Part shown: in pieces, positions 36,446-51,400 of the stretch | Layout of the letters: each line of letters starts with the position of its first letter | Position numbering within the stretch: position 1 is the stretch's first letter | Source of the DNA: Styela clava | Lineage: Eukaryota | Direction of reading: 5' to 3' | Length of the DNA: 64,000 nucleotides | Assembly: GCF_964204865.1 (NCBI RefSeq) | Contig: NC_135251.1 | Coordinates: forward strand, 13,888,001 to 13,952,000 | Translations under genes and position numbers: made by a program | The notes under the pieces: model-generated | Databases searched by the model: none | What the model was told of the DNA's origin: nothing | What the model saw: the letters and a program-made list of their open reading frames with translations, nothing else

Positions 36446-39400
36446 ATGGGTTCTGGTGCAGCAAAGTGGCGACAATTTATCCTCTTGTTATGGAAGAATT
36501 TTATTTTGCAAAAACGACGACCAATTGCCACTTTTGTTGAGCTTGCTCTGCCTTTGCTTTTTGCTGCATTGTTGGTTATAATTCGTACAACTGTGGACAC
36601 AACAACTCATCCAAACATCACAACATGGAGGTAAGAATGTACCTTTTTCGTTTTTGTTCACCAGATTCTAACTTCTGAACTTTTAGCATTAACGTTATAC
36701 TGGTTTAGTTTAACGCGATGGTTTTCAAATTTTTATGGGGTCTGTTTTAGTATAGTTTAGTACCACATGCACTTCTAGTTGGACTGGCTCAACAACAGAC
36801 AATCACCCGAAATCAAGCAAGTTAATTCTCTCGTTTTCTCGTCACAATGATCATGATAGAAGAGAGATCGCCGGCGTTAGCGAGTCGTTATCGGTGCATA
36901 CTTCTAGAGGACCTAGCATGACATTTTTTTCATGTGTCAATCCTAACCCCCACCTGACTATGCCATCCGAAAATTATGTCACTACGACGTCACAGTGAGG
37001 TAATAAAGCGCTTCAAACTACACGAACTGCCATCCAAGGCGAGCACCCGAAATCGATCAGCTATTTCTCTCGTTTGACATATCAAATAATTGTATTGCTA
37101 CGCCCACTAGGGTTAGGTACTAAACTACACGAGACCCTCTATGCACTGCTCTTTATTTAAAAATATCTGGTTTTATTTTAATGCTTTCCCTCCAGTTATT
37201 TCATGTGCAATTTTACTAATAAAAAAGCCAACAAACAAAATCAAAACAATAAAGGCTTTGACACTTGATCAACGTGGTTATGGCAAATGGTACCTAGCGA
37301 ACACCTTCGTTTGTGGCCCCCAGTGAACCGCTCCATGACTATTTAGGTGGATCGAGGGCCTAGTTTGGGAAACCCTGTTCTAGTGTGTGTATCATGCATA
37401 TATTACTATTTCAAAAGATACTCGTCTTTAGTAATTTAGTAAAAGGTATTTACATGAGTTTTGCTCAAAAAACAAATAATCATTTTTTATGCTTTAATTA
37501 TTTCAGAGAGTTTTCTGTCAACAATCTACCAAATTTTAAGACCAATGTTGTTCCAAAAGATGGAGTATGGACAGTGGCATACGCTCCGAATAACGACTCC
37601 GCAGTGGAAAATATAATGGCAAATTTTGAGACTTTTCTCAAGCATGGAAAATCAGATCTAGAAATCAATTGCCCTGGTTTGTATAACAGTATAAATAAAT
37701 GAAAGATTTTTTCCATTTTCAAATCAGATTTTTTTTAGATGCAACTAGTGTGAGCAATTAATATTTTTCAGGTTTAAGTTTTGAATAAATATGAAGTTTT
37801 GCAGATTAATACAACTTATTCTCATGGCATTGCTTACTAATTTGTAGAAAATTATATATTACGTAACATACATTGTTTGCTATAATGTATATAAATACTT
37901 TCATTCAAATCTCTTAGGTCTCTCTTTTGTTAAAAATATGGGATCACCTGATGAAGATGCAGATGTAGGATCTGGGATGGGAGGACCACCACCAGGTGCA
38001 GGTGCAGGTGCAGGAGATTTAACTGGTGCAAGAGCTGCATTTTCCATGTTTACGAGTGCTGTAGGAGGAGGAACTATGACCAGATCTATGTCTGCTATAG
38101 CAGGTATGTTTCCAAATATTATAAAATACAATGCTTTGTTTATAATAGCTAATTTTGAAGATGGCAAAAATTTATCAAATTACTGCTTTCGTGGTTCCCT
38201 TACTTTCTGGTGCTTGGAGTCTTTTTTTGTTTGTAACAGATCAGGCACTTTGGCGTATACTTTTTAGTATCTTATGTTCGATTTTTTTTTACTTCTGTAA
38301 TGATTTCTGTTAGACTTTATCATGTGTGTCGCTGATCGATAAATCAATGTTGGTGAAATGCCATATTTTCATTATTCTCTATACTCTGAACGTACTAAGT
38401 GTATTTTCAGAACGATGAAAAATAAACTTCTGTTTATTGCGTCTACAATGTTATTTCTATTAATATTTTGTTTATTATGTGGTTATAGTTGTTTTAAAGT
38501 AGTAATGCTGAAGATCCACAGTCAGACATTTTATTTTCTTTAAAAAAATAGGATTTAACAAGTGAAGCCTCAAGTTTTGTTGACACTCTGACTGGTGCCT
38601 AAAAAAACATATATTAAATTATCATGAGGCTGATATTTTTTTAAAATTGATTTTTTAATTTCCAACTTTATTTTAACAGCTCCAATGTTTTATCAAAACA
38701 TCCCTCAAATTATGAAAGATATTATAATTGAACGAGCAGCTGATGCAGGGAAAGAAAATATCGAATATGTTTCTGATATGCTTGTTGAGTTAGGACCGGA
38801 AGAATTTATGAAGGATGTAACAGAAGAACTCGTAAACAAAACAATGGGTGAGAATTAGAGATGCACGGATGAACTTTAACACCTCCAAATAAACACTTTC
38901 TAAAAAACACTCAAGTATCCAGATTTAAATATATTAACTGATAGTAATAAAACATGACAAATTTCTATAACCAAGCTTTTTTTTGAGTAATAAAATGATA
39001 TAAATAAAAATAGAGACCATTTACAAACAAAAATTTCATTTGCAGTATAGTATTGATAGATGGGTTGTTGAATCAAATATATTCCTTAGGGATTGTTATT
39101 AGGAATTTTATCAATTTAACGCTTAGCCGAACTCACTCTCAATTTTGCAATTATTGTGTGTTAATTGTTCAGTGGCACAGTTTTTATTTCAGTCAATTTT
39201 ATTTGTTCCATTCTTATTAAAGGCCATGTTGAAGATTTGTTGAAATTATGTTTTTGTATTCAGAATGTGTTTTTGATGAGCTTGATCCCCGCTTTAGAGA
39301 ATTTTTTGAAGAAAATAAATCTAATGTATCATCATTGGATACGGATGGATCTTCAGATAACTCAACTGAAAAAAGACAAGGAGGAAATTCATCCAGTGGA

Positions 39401-42400
39401 ATGATGGCAGCTATAGGGGCAATTCCCAAGATTCAAGGTATATTTCACAATATAAGTAGTAAAAATTCTACAAAAAAAATGCAATTTTACTGTCTTATCC
39501 TTGTTGCCAAAGCTGCGCAATCATGGGTATTCCTGCAGTATGTGTAACAGATTAGGGTTAGGGCATAATTTTTTTCTGATTTTCTTTATTTTAGTTCTAT
39601 TACGAGTTCGAGATTGTCTGTGTTAGCCAAGTGAATATACCCCTGCCCATAGGTTTCAGTTCGTTTACACAACTTGATGTAAAGTAGTCGAACAAAATTA
39701 GTTACCTCCATATTGGTATTATTGGTAGTATAAAGATTTAAAAAGGGCATGCTTCTGAAGTTTGATTTTATTTGTTTGGTTCCTGTTATTTGGACCATTT
39801 TTTTCTTGATGGGAATGACTTATATATTATGTTATATCTTTTAAAATCTTAGTGGCATACCATAGCGTTAGACATGATGGTTACCAATTGCCATATATGA
39901 AAGTCTTTTAAATAGAATTTCAAGTATCACGTTATCAATTTGGATATTTGATATCTAACAGTAATATAATTAACTTTCAATAAATGAAAAATCTAGTAAA
40001 CCGATCAGAACAATGTTTAAAATTCTAATTCTATTGCATGCTCGCTGATGAGTCAGGTATTATTAGGGTTTGGTCATTTACGTCTTGGACCTAAGTATAA
40101 ATGGATTAAGATGAAATTTTCATATTGCTTACGGGAGAGCTAGTGCTTGTTATAAATATTATAGTACTCTAACCAGATGTATATGGTTATTTTATTCAGC
40201 CACTTTCATTATTTTTTATTTATTTATATTGTTATTGTGTTTCTCATTACATAGAAATGTGGTAACAAGCTGTTTGTGTTCTATATGAATATGAATAATT
40301 CTTATGGGAAAGCTAGTACTTGTTATAAATATTACAGTAGGTACTCTAGCCAATTTTATATGGTTACTTATTTAGTCACTTATGTTATTTTTTATTCATT
40401 TATATTGGTATTGTTTCTCATTACATGGAAATGTGGTAACAAGCTGTTTGTGATCTATATGAATTATTAATAATGGTTTACTATTTTTTTATTATCCGTG
40501 GGCCATGCGTGGTTAATATGTTGATCATACTGACTCAACAATTTCCTTATTAGCTTTACATTTCACCTATATTTTGGGTTTGGCATCATCAATTTTAATA
40601 TATCACTGGTTGTTCTCCACATATAGCTAAATCAATTTACATATTTTGTTTTTTTAATAGTTTGGAAGTTAAAAAATTTGAGTCAAAATTTTATTATCTT
40701 GAGATATTCAAATGCTGCTTCATATAAATGCTATCTCATATCTCGGGGTTTTTCGTTTTGATTTTAAGATGTCAAATTAAAGTAAATTCAAGATATTATT
40801 CTTTGAACTAATTTCCGTATTTTTATAATCTAACTCTATCCACTATTATTATGATAATGAGTACCTATGTACAAATCAAAATATTGCATATGGTAAGGCA
40901 ATTATGTCATCTCTGAGTGGATAAAAAATGTAAATGTCAGGAGTCTTAACCTGTAGTCGTTTTTAGTGAGTCTTGTGTGAATTTTTCCACTCTCTATCGA
41001 ACCAAAATCTTATCATTATGATTTTGTGAATCTAGAATAAAAGTCGAAATAAATACTAAACGAACAATCTTTTGATTACAACACTTTGTAAAACACTATT
41101 TGCCATTATGAATACTAAAAAACAATGAAATACTAAAAAACAAATATGTCTCATATGTATTACAACAGGCATCATTATACAAATTTGAAAAAAAGTTCCA
41201 TACTGATAATTAGATGGAGTTGATCTTGAATATTCGTGCATATTCATATTATTACCGTCGTACTTGTATATATAATATTTTTTTATTGCTTAATCATATA
41301 CCCTGATACACCTAATTATATGATATTATACTACTCATTTAAGTTATAAATAAAGATGTAATGACAAGGAAAGCACCAGTTTCAATACTTAAATTTCTTC
41401 AATAATTTGTATATTCATTGATTACGAGAAGCATTTAATTATAATCAAAATGTAAAAAATGACGGCGCTCCAGAAGTGTGTGTACAAATATGGAGGTAAC
41501 TTTGTTCGCCTATTTCACATCAAGTTGTGTGAAGGTACTGAAACCTATGGACAGGGGGATATTCACTTGGCTAACACAAACAGTCCTCGACCTCGTAATA
41601 GAACGGAATAAAATTATGACCTAACCCTAACCTGGTACACATTCTACGGGAGTACCAAAATGACTGATCCCTGGACTGGCCTATTTTTTCATTCATATCC
41701 CTAAAACTTGGCATTGATATATTTTAGTATTTGTCGAAAATAGAAGTTAGAATGGGAACACTTGTACAATCTCATTCAAAATCTGTTGGTAAATTTTATG
41801 GGAATGATATATTCCTAACATAAGAGCTATTTGAATGGACCATAAAATTTCACAGCCAATATTATTTGTATAAATGTATACTTATTTGTGTTTTACTGTC
41901 AAATCATGTCTTGTTGTAAGCAGTTCACCAAACATGACTGAAGCAACATTTGAAAATTATGTTTGAATTTGTTTCGTTGAATATTACTTTGATTGTATTC
42001 GACATTTGATTTATTAATACGGAGAGTTGTACTACAAAACAAAATCTTACAAATATTATGCTTGAATTTAGAAACCTTATTTGAATGAATTTCCTTTTTA
42101 TATTTAGTTATGGGTTTTGAAGATGAAGCAAGTTTCATGGAGTATGTTACGAATGACACAAATTTGGCTGGAACTCTTGGTGGAATTATATTTACAAAAT
42201 CGGAAAACACATCAACTCCGAAGTTTAGTTATAAAATACGACTACATTCTGATCCTGTGAATGTAGGACCTGGAGATGATTCAAGAATCACGGGAAAGTA
42301 TGTTGTTACGAATTAATATATCAGAAAATATTTTTAACAAGTCAATTGATTCTTATGAAAGAGTAGGTTTTTTTTTTCTGAAGGTGCAATCAAGCAAATA

Positions 42401-45400
42401 ATGAAAATTGAATTAGATATCCATTGCTTTCAGAAAATTTGGACGATCAAAGTTAGGGTGATAGATTTTATCAGTTTTCACAAAACTTAGCATTGATATA
42501 TACTGAAATGCAGACCAAATCAATCGAATATGAACATTCATATTCCTCTCAAATTATCAGTCCACCAATTTCGTATTCCTTTTATTCGACAAGCTATTTA
42601 TTTTACAATTGAATCTGGCACTTGTTTGTGATGAACATTCACACAATAGAATAGAAAATGACCAATTTCTATTCAAGGGATTTAACCCGAAAGGGCAAAG
42701 CTGAAAAAACAGTTTTAAGAAAATTAGGAAAAAGTATATTTTGGATTTTTAAACTCCTGTAATATTTTTTGAAATACGTTGGTGTATATGGCTTCAAACT
42801 ATAACAAGATAACAGTCTAAAAAAAACGTATTCCTTTGTAATAGTTTTGACTAAAAATTTAAAATTTTCCAACATTTGCTCTTTTGTCTTGAAACCCTCA
42901 TATTTACACTCATGCATTTATTGATTCACGATGCAATTCACTGAAATATCAGAAAATAAATTATTCTGATTTCCCAATACATAGCATAATTTCATGCTAA
43001 AAGTCGGGATGCTTTTCCATAAATAATTCTGTGTGTTGTATCATTGTAAATATTATTTATGCTTTATTCCCAAATAAAACATTGTTTTAATACTGTTCAC
43101 TCGGAACAAGGCTCTGTGCAGGCTTTCACTCGTATAAGAGCAGCTGTCCCTCTAAGTGTAAGGACTGTATTTTAACATCACTTACCGCATTTATTAGAGC
43201 CCGGATGGGGTGGTGAGCATGGGATCTTTAACCTGCGATGCCAATGCTCTAATCCAGGGTGGTCCAAGGTTGTTGGCTCCGCTGCCACAAAATTATTTTT
43301 GCATTGTTCGCAGGCCACAATAGTGCCGAGAATAGGTAAAGAGTGCAATACAAAACAACCACTTCTATTGTACAATCACATAGTTATCCGGCATAGCCAT
43401 TCTAGGCTAATAAAAACCGCATTCAATTTTTAGTTTTCTATGATGCTAATGTTGTTAGCATATGTTCCCGACCAAAAAGTTAGTGAGCCAGATAACAATT
43501 TAGACTGCCAAGCACATCATTCAACTTCGCTAGTTTCCCCAGCTAGTTATAACACTAATTGATTCAGTGCCATATGTGATAACAATATTTCAAAAGATTT
43601 TTCTGATTAATTTTATGACGAAACAACACAAAATGCGATTTTTTGATTACTCTCCGAATGTGACGCGGGCCACAGATAATGAAGCGGCGGGCCATGGTTT
43701 GGACTACCCTGCTCTAATCACTAGGCCATTGCCATACCAAAGAACATTTCTCAACATAACAATCTATTACGTATTTTTCACTAGTCCTGATACTTGGAGA
43801 ACAACTCAACTTTTTCCTGGATTTCAGCGACCTGGTCCAAGAGATGGCAATGATAGATATGGTGGGAAACCTGGTTATTATAAAGAAGGTATGGCATTGT
43901 TTTCTGATGAATAACATGATTTAACAGTATGAACAAAAGGATTTATATTGTCAAATTTAGTTAGATTCTTGTGTTATTCTGTTTAAACTTTTAACAAGGC
44001 CTTAGTTTTATCAGGCAAAACTTCCATCTGCGTAAAGTAATTGAGACTTAAGAGACATAGAATTATAAAATAGAAGATACATAGAATATGCATGCTATGC
44101 ACATGTATTCAAGCAATAAGAAAACACATGTTTAATATAGAATATAAATACTCGAAAACCCAATAATTTACTATTACAAATTTCGGCGTATTCTTCAATG
44201 ACATTTTTAAGTATGGAAATTTCATATAACATTGTATATTCAAACGTTTAAATTTGGAGATAAGAAAAGTTTAAATGAACATTGGTTTGATTGGCTCTTC
44301 ACTTAACTATCATTGGAAATAAATGAAGGCTTTTGATATTTCAATTTTTCGAAATGATAAATTATCTAATGAAACGTCTAAATTATACCTAAATTAAAAT
44401 ATAATATAAAGTAATTAGTTTTGAATCAATTTCGATTCACTTCGGCCACCACCCGCTCATGATGAATTAATTTTATCAATAGTTACCCAAAAGGCGGATT
44501 GATGTCAGACTCTAATTCAACGACTTAAGATGACCTAATTGAAATAAAAAAATATCAGGCTTAACCTGCATGATTTACATGCTTGAGAATGTTGTTGTGA
44601 AAAGCATTGAAAATCCATTTATTATACAAATCAAAATATTGTGTGTTATATGTTGCTACCGAATAGCTGAGTGGGTGAAAACGTGTCATTCTATTTTAGA
44701 TCCGCAATTAAAAAAGCAATCTTTCATTTTCGATTTGTGTTTAGTTAACGTCCTTCCGATGGTAAATAGATATTATGTAATCATGGACGTCACTGTGGTT
44801 ATCGGTTTATTCCTCAATCATTAATTAATTGAAGAATATAATATTATTCTTTTCATAACATTTCACAATCAGATCAAACAAAAAATGAAAATGGTATTGG
44901 TTTAGAATTGACTAATAACATGGCTTTCTTGTTTTCTAGCAGAGGGGAAAATTTGAGTTCATATCTGACATAATGTTTGATTTTTTCTTAAATTTGCACT
45001 CAACATATACCTAATGTTGTGATTGTAAATATTGCCTTTTTCACATTTCAATGGCTTCGCTGAAGTTTGTGTAATTCACTTATCTATTTTTAGGTTTCCT
45101 TTCCCTTATGCATGCTGTTGATATGGCAATCCTGGCAACAGTTGGTGATGAGAATATAGTTGACTTGGCTGATGGTAATTTTCGAATGAAGAGATTTCCA
45201 TATCCACCCTACGTTGAAGATAATTTTTTGGGTAATATGATAAAATATCTATGTTCTACCTGTAAGCTCATCTTTTTATGTTAGTCATGAATTCTGTTTA
45301 ATTGTAGAAAAGAAAAAGCCTGTTGTATCTTCATCATAATTTTGTTAGTCCATCTGTCTACTAAAACTCATAGGGACAACATTAACAAGATTGAAAGATA

Positions 45401-48400
45401 ATCAGCGATAACTAAAAATATGCAACATCAAATTGGCATTTTCATATTCATAAAATTCACATTAAAAAATGGCTGAATTGTTCAAATTTCTTTCATAGTG
45501 TTATACATTATACTGCATAACTATTACAACATCGTAATTAACCGTAACCTACACTCAATGGCAGGATGTGACCTTTATACAGTTTTTCCGTGCATTGTAT
45601 GCTTAAGTATAAAATTTTCTAATATGGAAGTATATTTTCAACGATGGCTATCCCTATCGGAAGTTTATATCATTTTTTAGGTGTAAGGAATAAATATTTC
45701 ATAATAATAACATATATGGCGTAAATATAATATACGTATGTAAAAATCAATATGATGGAATATCTCATGAGCTCAATTATAACTAAATTGGTTGTTTTTT
45801 ACTTTTATTTTTGTTTTCAAATTTCAGTTGCAATATCTCAATTGCTGCCCTTGCTCATCATGCTCAGTTTTCTTTACACTGCTCTGACCATCGTCAAAAG
45901 TGTTGTGCATGAAAAAGAGTCAAAACTGAAGGTATCAATTTTTGTAGACTTATTCTTATCTCTAAGATGAAAATCATAGGTGCAACTTCAATAATAATAG
46001 TAAGGAATTTTCAAAATGAATCGAACTTGCGATTCGAAATTAATCATATACGATATTTTAAATTCATTTTTGATTTTGGGAATAGTTTAGAATAGTTCTA
46101 TCATATTGTCAATTGAAGTTTTGCAGTATCACCGAATAAGCATTTTTTTATTTTCTAAAAATTGTGAAAATTTGAAGATAATCAAATAACTTTTTACTCA
46201 TTAGAATAGATATATGCTTCTATGTGTTCTTTGTTAAACATAACCCAATTTATATCATATTCATGAAAAATGATGTCATAAATTAAAATGCAAACAAACA
46301 GTGTACATGTTTACAATGTATTTCAGTAATTGTTAAATGCAACTAATTCCTATTTTTCAGGAATACCTGATGATGACTGGTCTACCAAACTGGTTACATT
46401 GGTTGGCTTGGTTTATTAAATATCTGGTTTTTCTCACCATATCCTGCATGTTCTTTACCATATTGTTCAAAATAAATGTAGGTGTTATTTTTATACTTTC
46501 TAATTTTCTTGGTGATAATCATTCATTGTCCTATTTTAAACTTGCCCTGGAGCGACTACTCAGTTCATAGAAATAATTTGCTTTATAATATTAAATTTAA
46601 TTTTGTTAGTGTTTATTTCTGATTGTCATCAGTAAATCCTTCGATTTGCTATTTTTGGATAATGGAATTTTTGAATTTTTCCTTATTAATAGGAGAACAT
46701 TTTTGTCATTGAGACATCCTATCTTGGTCTTTATGTAAGGCCATGAAATTAACTAACGATAAGAAATGGATTATTGGTAAATTATTTTTCAGTATTAACT
46801 TATATAAATACATTTGCATATACAGAGACTAGCCTAGACTGGCGGTTTTGCGCTCCGTTCTATGTTTTACAAACTCCTCATCGGAAACACTACATTTTCT
46901 CAATATGTGACAGTTGTGTATAGTAAATTGAGTGAATAATACAATTTCTTTTCCAGACTCCAAATGGCAAAGTCTTCACCTACACTGATGGAACAGTTTT
47001 ATTTGTGTTCTTGGTTTGTTATTGTGCTGCGACCATCTGCTTCTGCTTTATGATTTCTGTCTTCTTTTCCAAAGGTTTGTTCTGGTATTAATGAAAAAAT
47101 AATGATGTGAGATTTCATTGAACATGATACATAGTGGACATGTTATGGTATTTAGTATAAACAGGGTGATAAAAACTCGTAAATTTCTAAATATTTCTAT
47201 GAAAATACTTCTGTTTGTGTATGATTGTGCCCAAAAGTTTGAGCTTGTAAAAAAACATTTTATTTGAATTTTCAGCGAATGTAGCTGCAGCTGCTGGAGG
47301 AGTTCTCTTTGGTCTCTCGTACATGCCATATCTGTTTATCGCTCCTAGATACGAACAAATGACTTTCACTCAAAAATCTCTATCAAGTTTGTTATCCAAC
47401 ATTGCCATGGCAAATGGAGCAACAATTCTTAGCATGTATGAAGGCAAAGGTTTGTATAATTCATTTTCCTCAGCGAGAGATAACATCAGGGGATGGGTGG
47501 CCCTGATACATTTACTATATCGAATATATTTCACTATATTCTTAATCCAGTCATATTCAAGGGCAAATTCAATGCATTTTTTCTTACAAGCAAGATGTGC
47601 AAAACTTGTGTGAAAGTCAATTGAAAATATTCTAAACCAGGGGTGTGCAACCTGCGGCCCAATTTACGATAGAACAAATTTCTGTAGTAAATAAATCATA
47701 AAGCACTACTTGATCCACACACTAAGTGCACCGGTTTTTAAGGCGCACAATCGTTTGGGAAAAATAGGATTTGAAGTGCCGCTTGTGGTCCGTAAAATAT
47801 GGTATATAGAAATAGAATTGCTTGAAATAATTTGAATTACGTTTTTTATCTTTCATTGTTAACATTTCAACTTGCTGAATTTTAGGAACTGGTGTGCAAT
47901 GGTCGAACATCGCAGACACTGTGACAGTTGATGACAATTTTACATTCCTACAGGTATTGGTAATATTGGGAAGCTTTGAAATAACATTATGCTTGGAATA
48001 TTCAGTGATTGTGACAGAGATTTTGTATGAGACGTTTTTTCACCAAGCTTTTCACAAGTATTCGCTGATATATAATGACATATTATTTTTAAATGAATCT
48101 TTATTATTCGGCATTGTTACCCAATTTTTGACCCCTAGGGTGAGAGGAAGGTTGGCATGGGTTATTAAATCGAGATCTTCAGCTTATGATGACGACATTT
48201 CTAAGTTTAACACTCTAACTACTGCGTTCAATTCTGCCCCGACTTTGCTGGAAAATCGAAAAAAGGTTTATATTTTGAGTCTCTTTTGCAGGCAATGTTT
48301 TTTCTGATAATTGATGCAATTCTGTACATGACAATAGCATGGTATGTTGAAGGTGTACGGCCCGGGGAATATGGAATACCAAAAAAGTGGAATTTTCCAT

Positions 48401-51400
48401 TTACTGTGAGTATGATAAATAGGACCACAATTAATAAACAATATAATAGACAACAATGTGTCCTTAATTGGGGATGTTTTTACTTTAGTTGGGGTTAGTG
48501 TCTTTTGATTTGGGGTGCATTTCACCAACACCAATAAATTTTTGTGTCAGAAACTGAAATCTTCATCATTTACCAATTCGCAGAATCACTAGGGTAGTTG
48601 TATAATCCCCATATTTTGCTACTCACTTTTATCAACACCTCTGTGCTCGTATTCAAGGTGATCCAAAAAAACATAATTCAGTTCATTTAAATTTTATATT
48701 TGTTAAATAAGTTTCTTTATTTTCGTAGAAGTTATTGAGAAATGTACAGGTTCCGCTTTTTTGGTCACCTTCCACATGTTCATTGCTCTAATGTCAATAC
48801 TAAAAATATATTGAGATAATCAGTAGATTTACTAATCACCCTAATATCAGCGTTCTGTCACTATCAGTATCAATAACATTTACTCACTTTAGAAATCTTA
48901 CTGGTGTGGTCCCCCAAAAAAAGTAAATGTCTATGAAGCAGTGGCAGGTGGAGGTAGCAGTCAAGTTCTTCAACCATCTAATGGTATAAATGGTATTGAG
49001 AAAGGAGATGCTGATGATGAATACTTTGAACCAGAAGCACCAGATCAAAGACATATTGTCCAGATTTTTAATCTTCGAAAAGTAAGTTAATTTTATTTCA
49101 ATTTTTTACATATAGTTACTTATAGTAGATATCCAGGTCTAACTTAGGATCAAATCCGCTAAGATATTGAATAGAATAGATTTTTTTACTTCAAGACTTT
49201 TGCTCTATTTACTTACGGCACCAGGAATAAAATGAATTATATAATATGAAAATAAAAGGAAAGAAATGAAATGACTAGGCTATTTAATTTGATATCACAA
49301 TTTAATATTTTATAGCAGTTTAATATAGTTCGGGAGGTTTTGTGTTTTTGATTCTAAACACATGAGGAGGTGTATCTACGCTCATAAATATCACTATAAA
49401 ATATTTACATTATGTAACATTGTAAAGTAAACAAGTAAATTCCAATTTCTTCTATAAGTCATCCAACAAAATACTTGTTCTCATGCTCATCTTAAAGTTC
49501 ACTTTAAAAGCAAAAGTAAGCTCGGCTGTATTATGCGATGTCATGCTAAGCGCATTGAATATGCTTGCTATCGCACCTCTGATGACTTTGCGCCTGGTAG
49601 AGAAATTAATTGTGCGTGAGAAGATTGCTGTACTCCCGTGGTGGTTCACGTAATTGCTGGTGGGTGGCTTCCCCACCATCAATTCCATGCATCTGGAACT
49701 AATAACATGATAACTAATCCCATACCCAACCTGTCTTATCAACTTTCCTCTCCACCTGGATGAATATGTAAATCCTATCCTCTGCTATTAAAACTATGAA
49801 TTTGATGGAAAGCCTTATTACTTATCGATTTTAATTGGTAAGTATGTTGATAGGTATTTGTCTGTATGTCTGTGTGTCTGTCTGTTAGATGCGCGCGATA
49901 TCTCACGAAAGCGAGATTAAATCTGCTTCATATTTTGCATGTGCATTCATCATATCTCGGACCAGAAGCCTATTGATTTTGGGCGAATTATGTCGTATAA
50001 TTAGCGAGTTATTAAATAATTAGTGCTTGGACACAAGGTGTCACTATGGAGTAAGAGCGCTCTTTTTGGGGATCCCCTATCTTTCGATCGATACGTTTTC
50101 GGTTTCTGACAGATATTTTCGTGTTTCATATTGATTATAACCATAACATATATGCTTTCTATTGTAATATTATTTTCATCTGATTTAACAACATAGGTAT
50201 TTAATGCTGGCCAACCAAAAGAAAAGATAGCTGTACATGGTTTGAATTTAACAATGTATGAAGGACAGATTACAGTGTTGCTTGGACACAACGGTGCTGG
50301 GAAAACTACAACCATGTCTATGCTAACAGGTATTATTTTGGATTTGTTTGTTTTGAAGGTTTTATAATTGAGGTGTTGTTTGTTTCATACGATATTTCAT
50401 AGGTGCCTGGGCTTTGAGGTAATGGTTATAGGTATTTATTGGATTTAGATGTTATGCCTGTATCAGACATGTTCTTTTGATACTTCGGCCTCGTTTATAT
50501 ACAACCAGCTCTACATTGCATTTTATGTTTTCATTATATTATTCATTGTTACTTTTACTTACTTGTTGTTATATAATACAATGTCACAATGTTTTAGTAT
50601 CAATAGGTTATGGCAATAGTGTTGCATAATGCATATACAGTGATACCTCGGTAGTCCAACATAATTCGTTCAAGATTGGTGTTTGACTATTGATTTGTTT
50701 TGAGTACGAAACTTTTTTTCCATAAGGAACCATGGTGATTATTTGGCCCACCCTGTATATCGAATTACTTGGAAAAAACATCAGCGAAATCACTATATTT
50801 TTCAGGACTTTTCCCCCCATCATCTGGAAATGCTGTTGTTCTTGGTCATGATATAACTACGGATATTGAATTGGCAAGAACCTCAATGGGACTCTGTCCA
50901 CAACACGACATTTTGTTTGATGAACTGACTGTTGATGAGCATATTTACTTCTTCTCAATGGTAAGTAGACACAATTTAACAAAAAATACAGGGTGTCCAT
51001 AAAGTCAATTTACAATTTTAATTTTGTCATGAAGTCAGTTCTCAATATATCTTAACCAGGTTTGTTAATTTTCAATCGATAATCGTTCAAGTATTTTTAT
51101 TTCATTTTATACATTTGTGAGTGCCAAAACAATATATGGTATCGATAATTACCCTTATACTTTGCGAAGTAATTTGTCAATGTTGTTGTATGGTACTTAA
51201 AAAATTTGATTAAAATAGAAATTGGAATATACCAATAAAACATACTGTTTTTCAAAGAAGTTTTGCATTATTTGTAAAATATATTTATGCACACCATATT
51301 GAGTGTTCATAAAGTCGTGTTACAATTTCAATTTTTTTATAAAGACTGTTCTCAATATATTGTAACCAAGGTTGTCTTATTTTAATAATCCGTGTTTATT

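Noticed and set aside
39551-39563. Interstitial telomere or fusion site (TTAGGG)n
   Set aside because: Only about 2 units, and such short tracts here lie mostly inside MITE copies.
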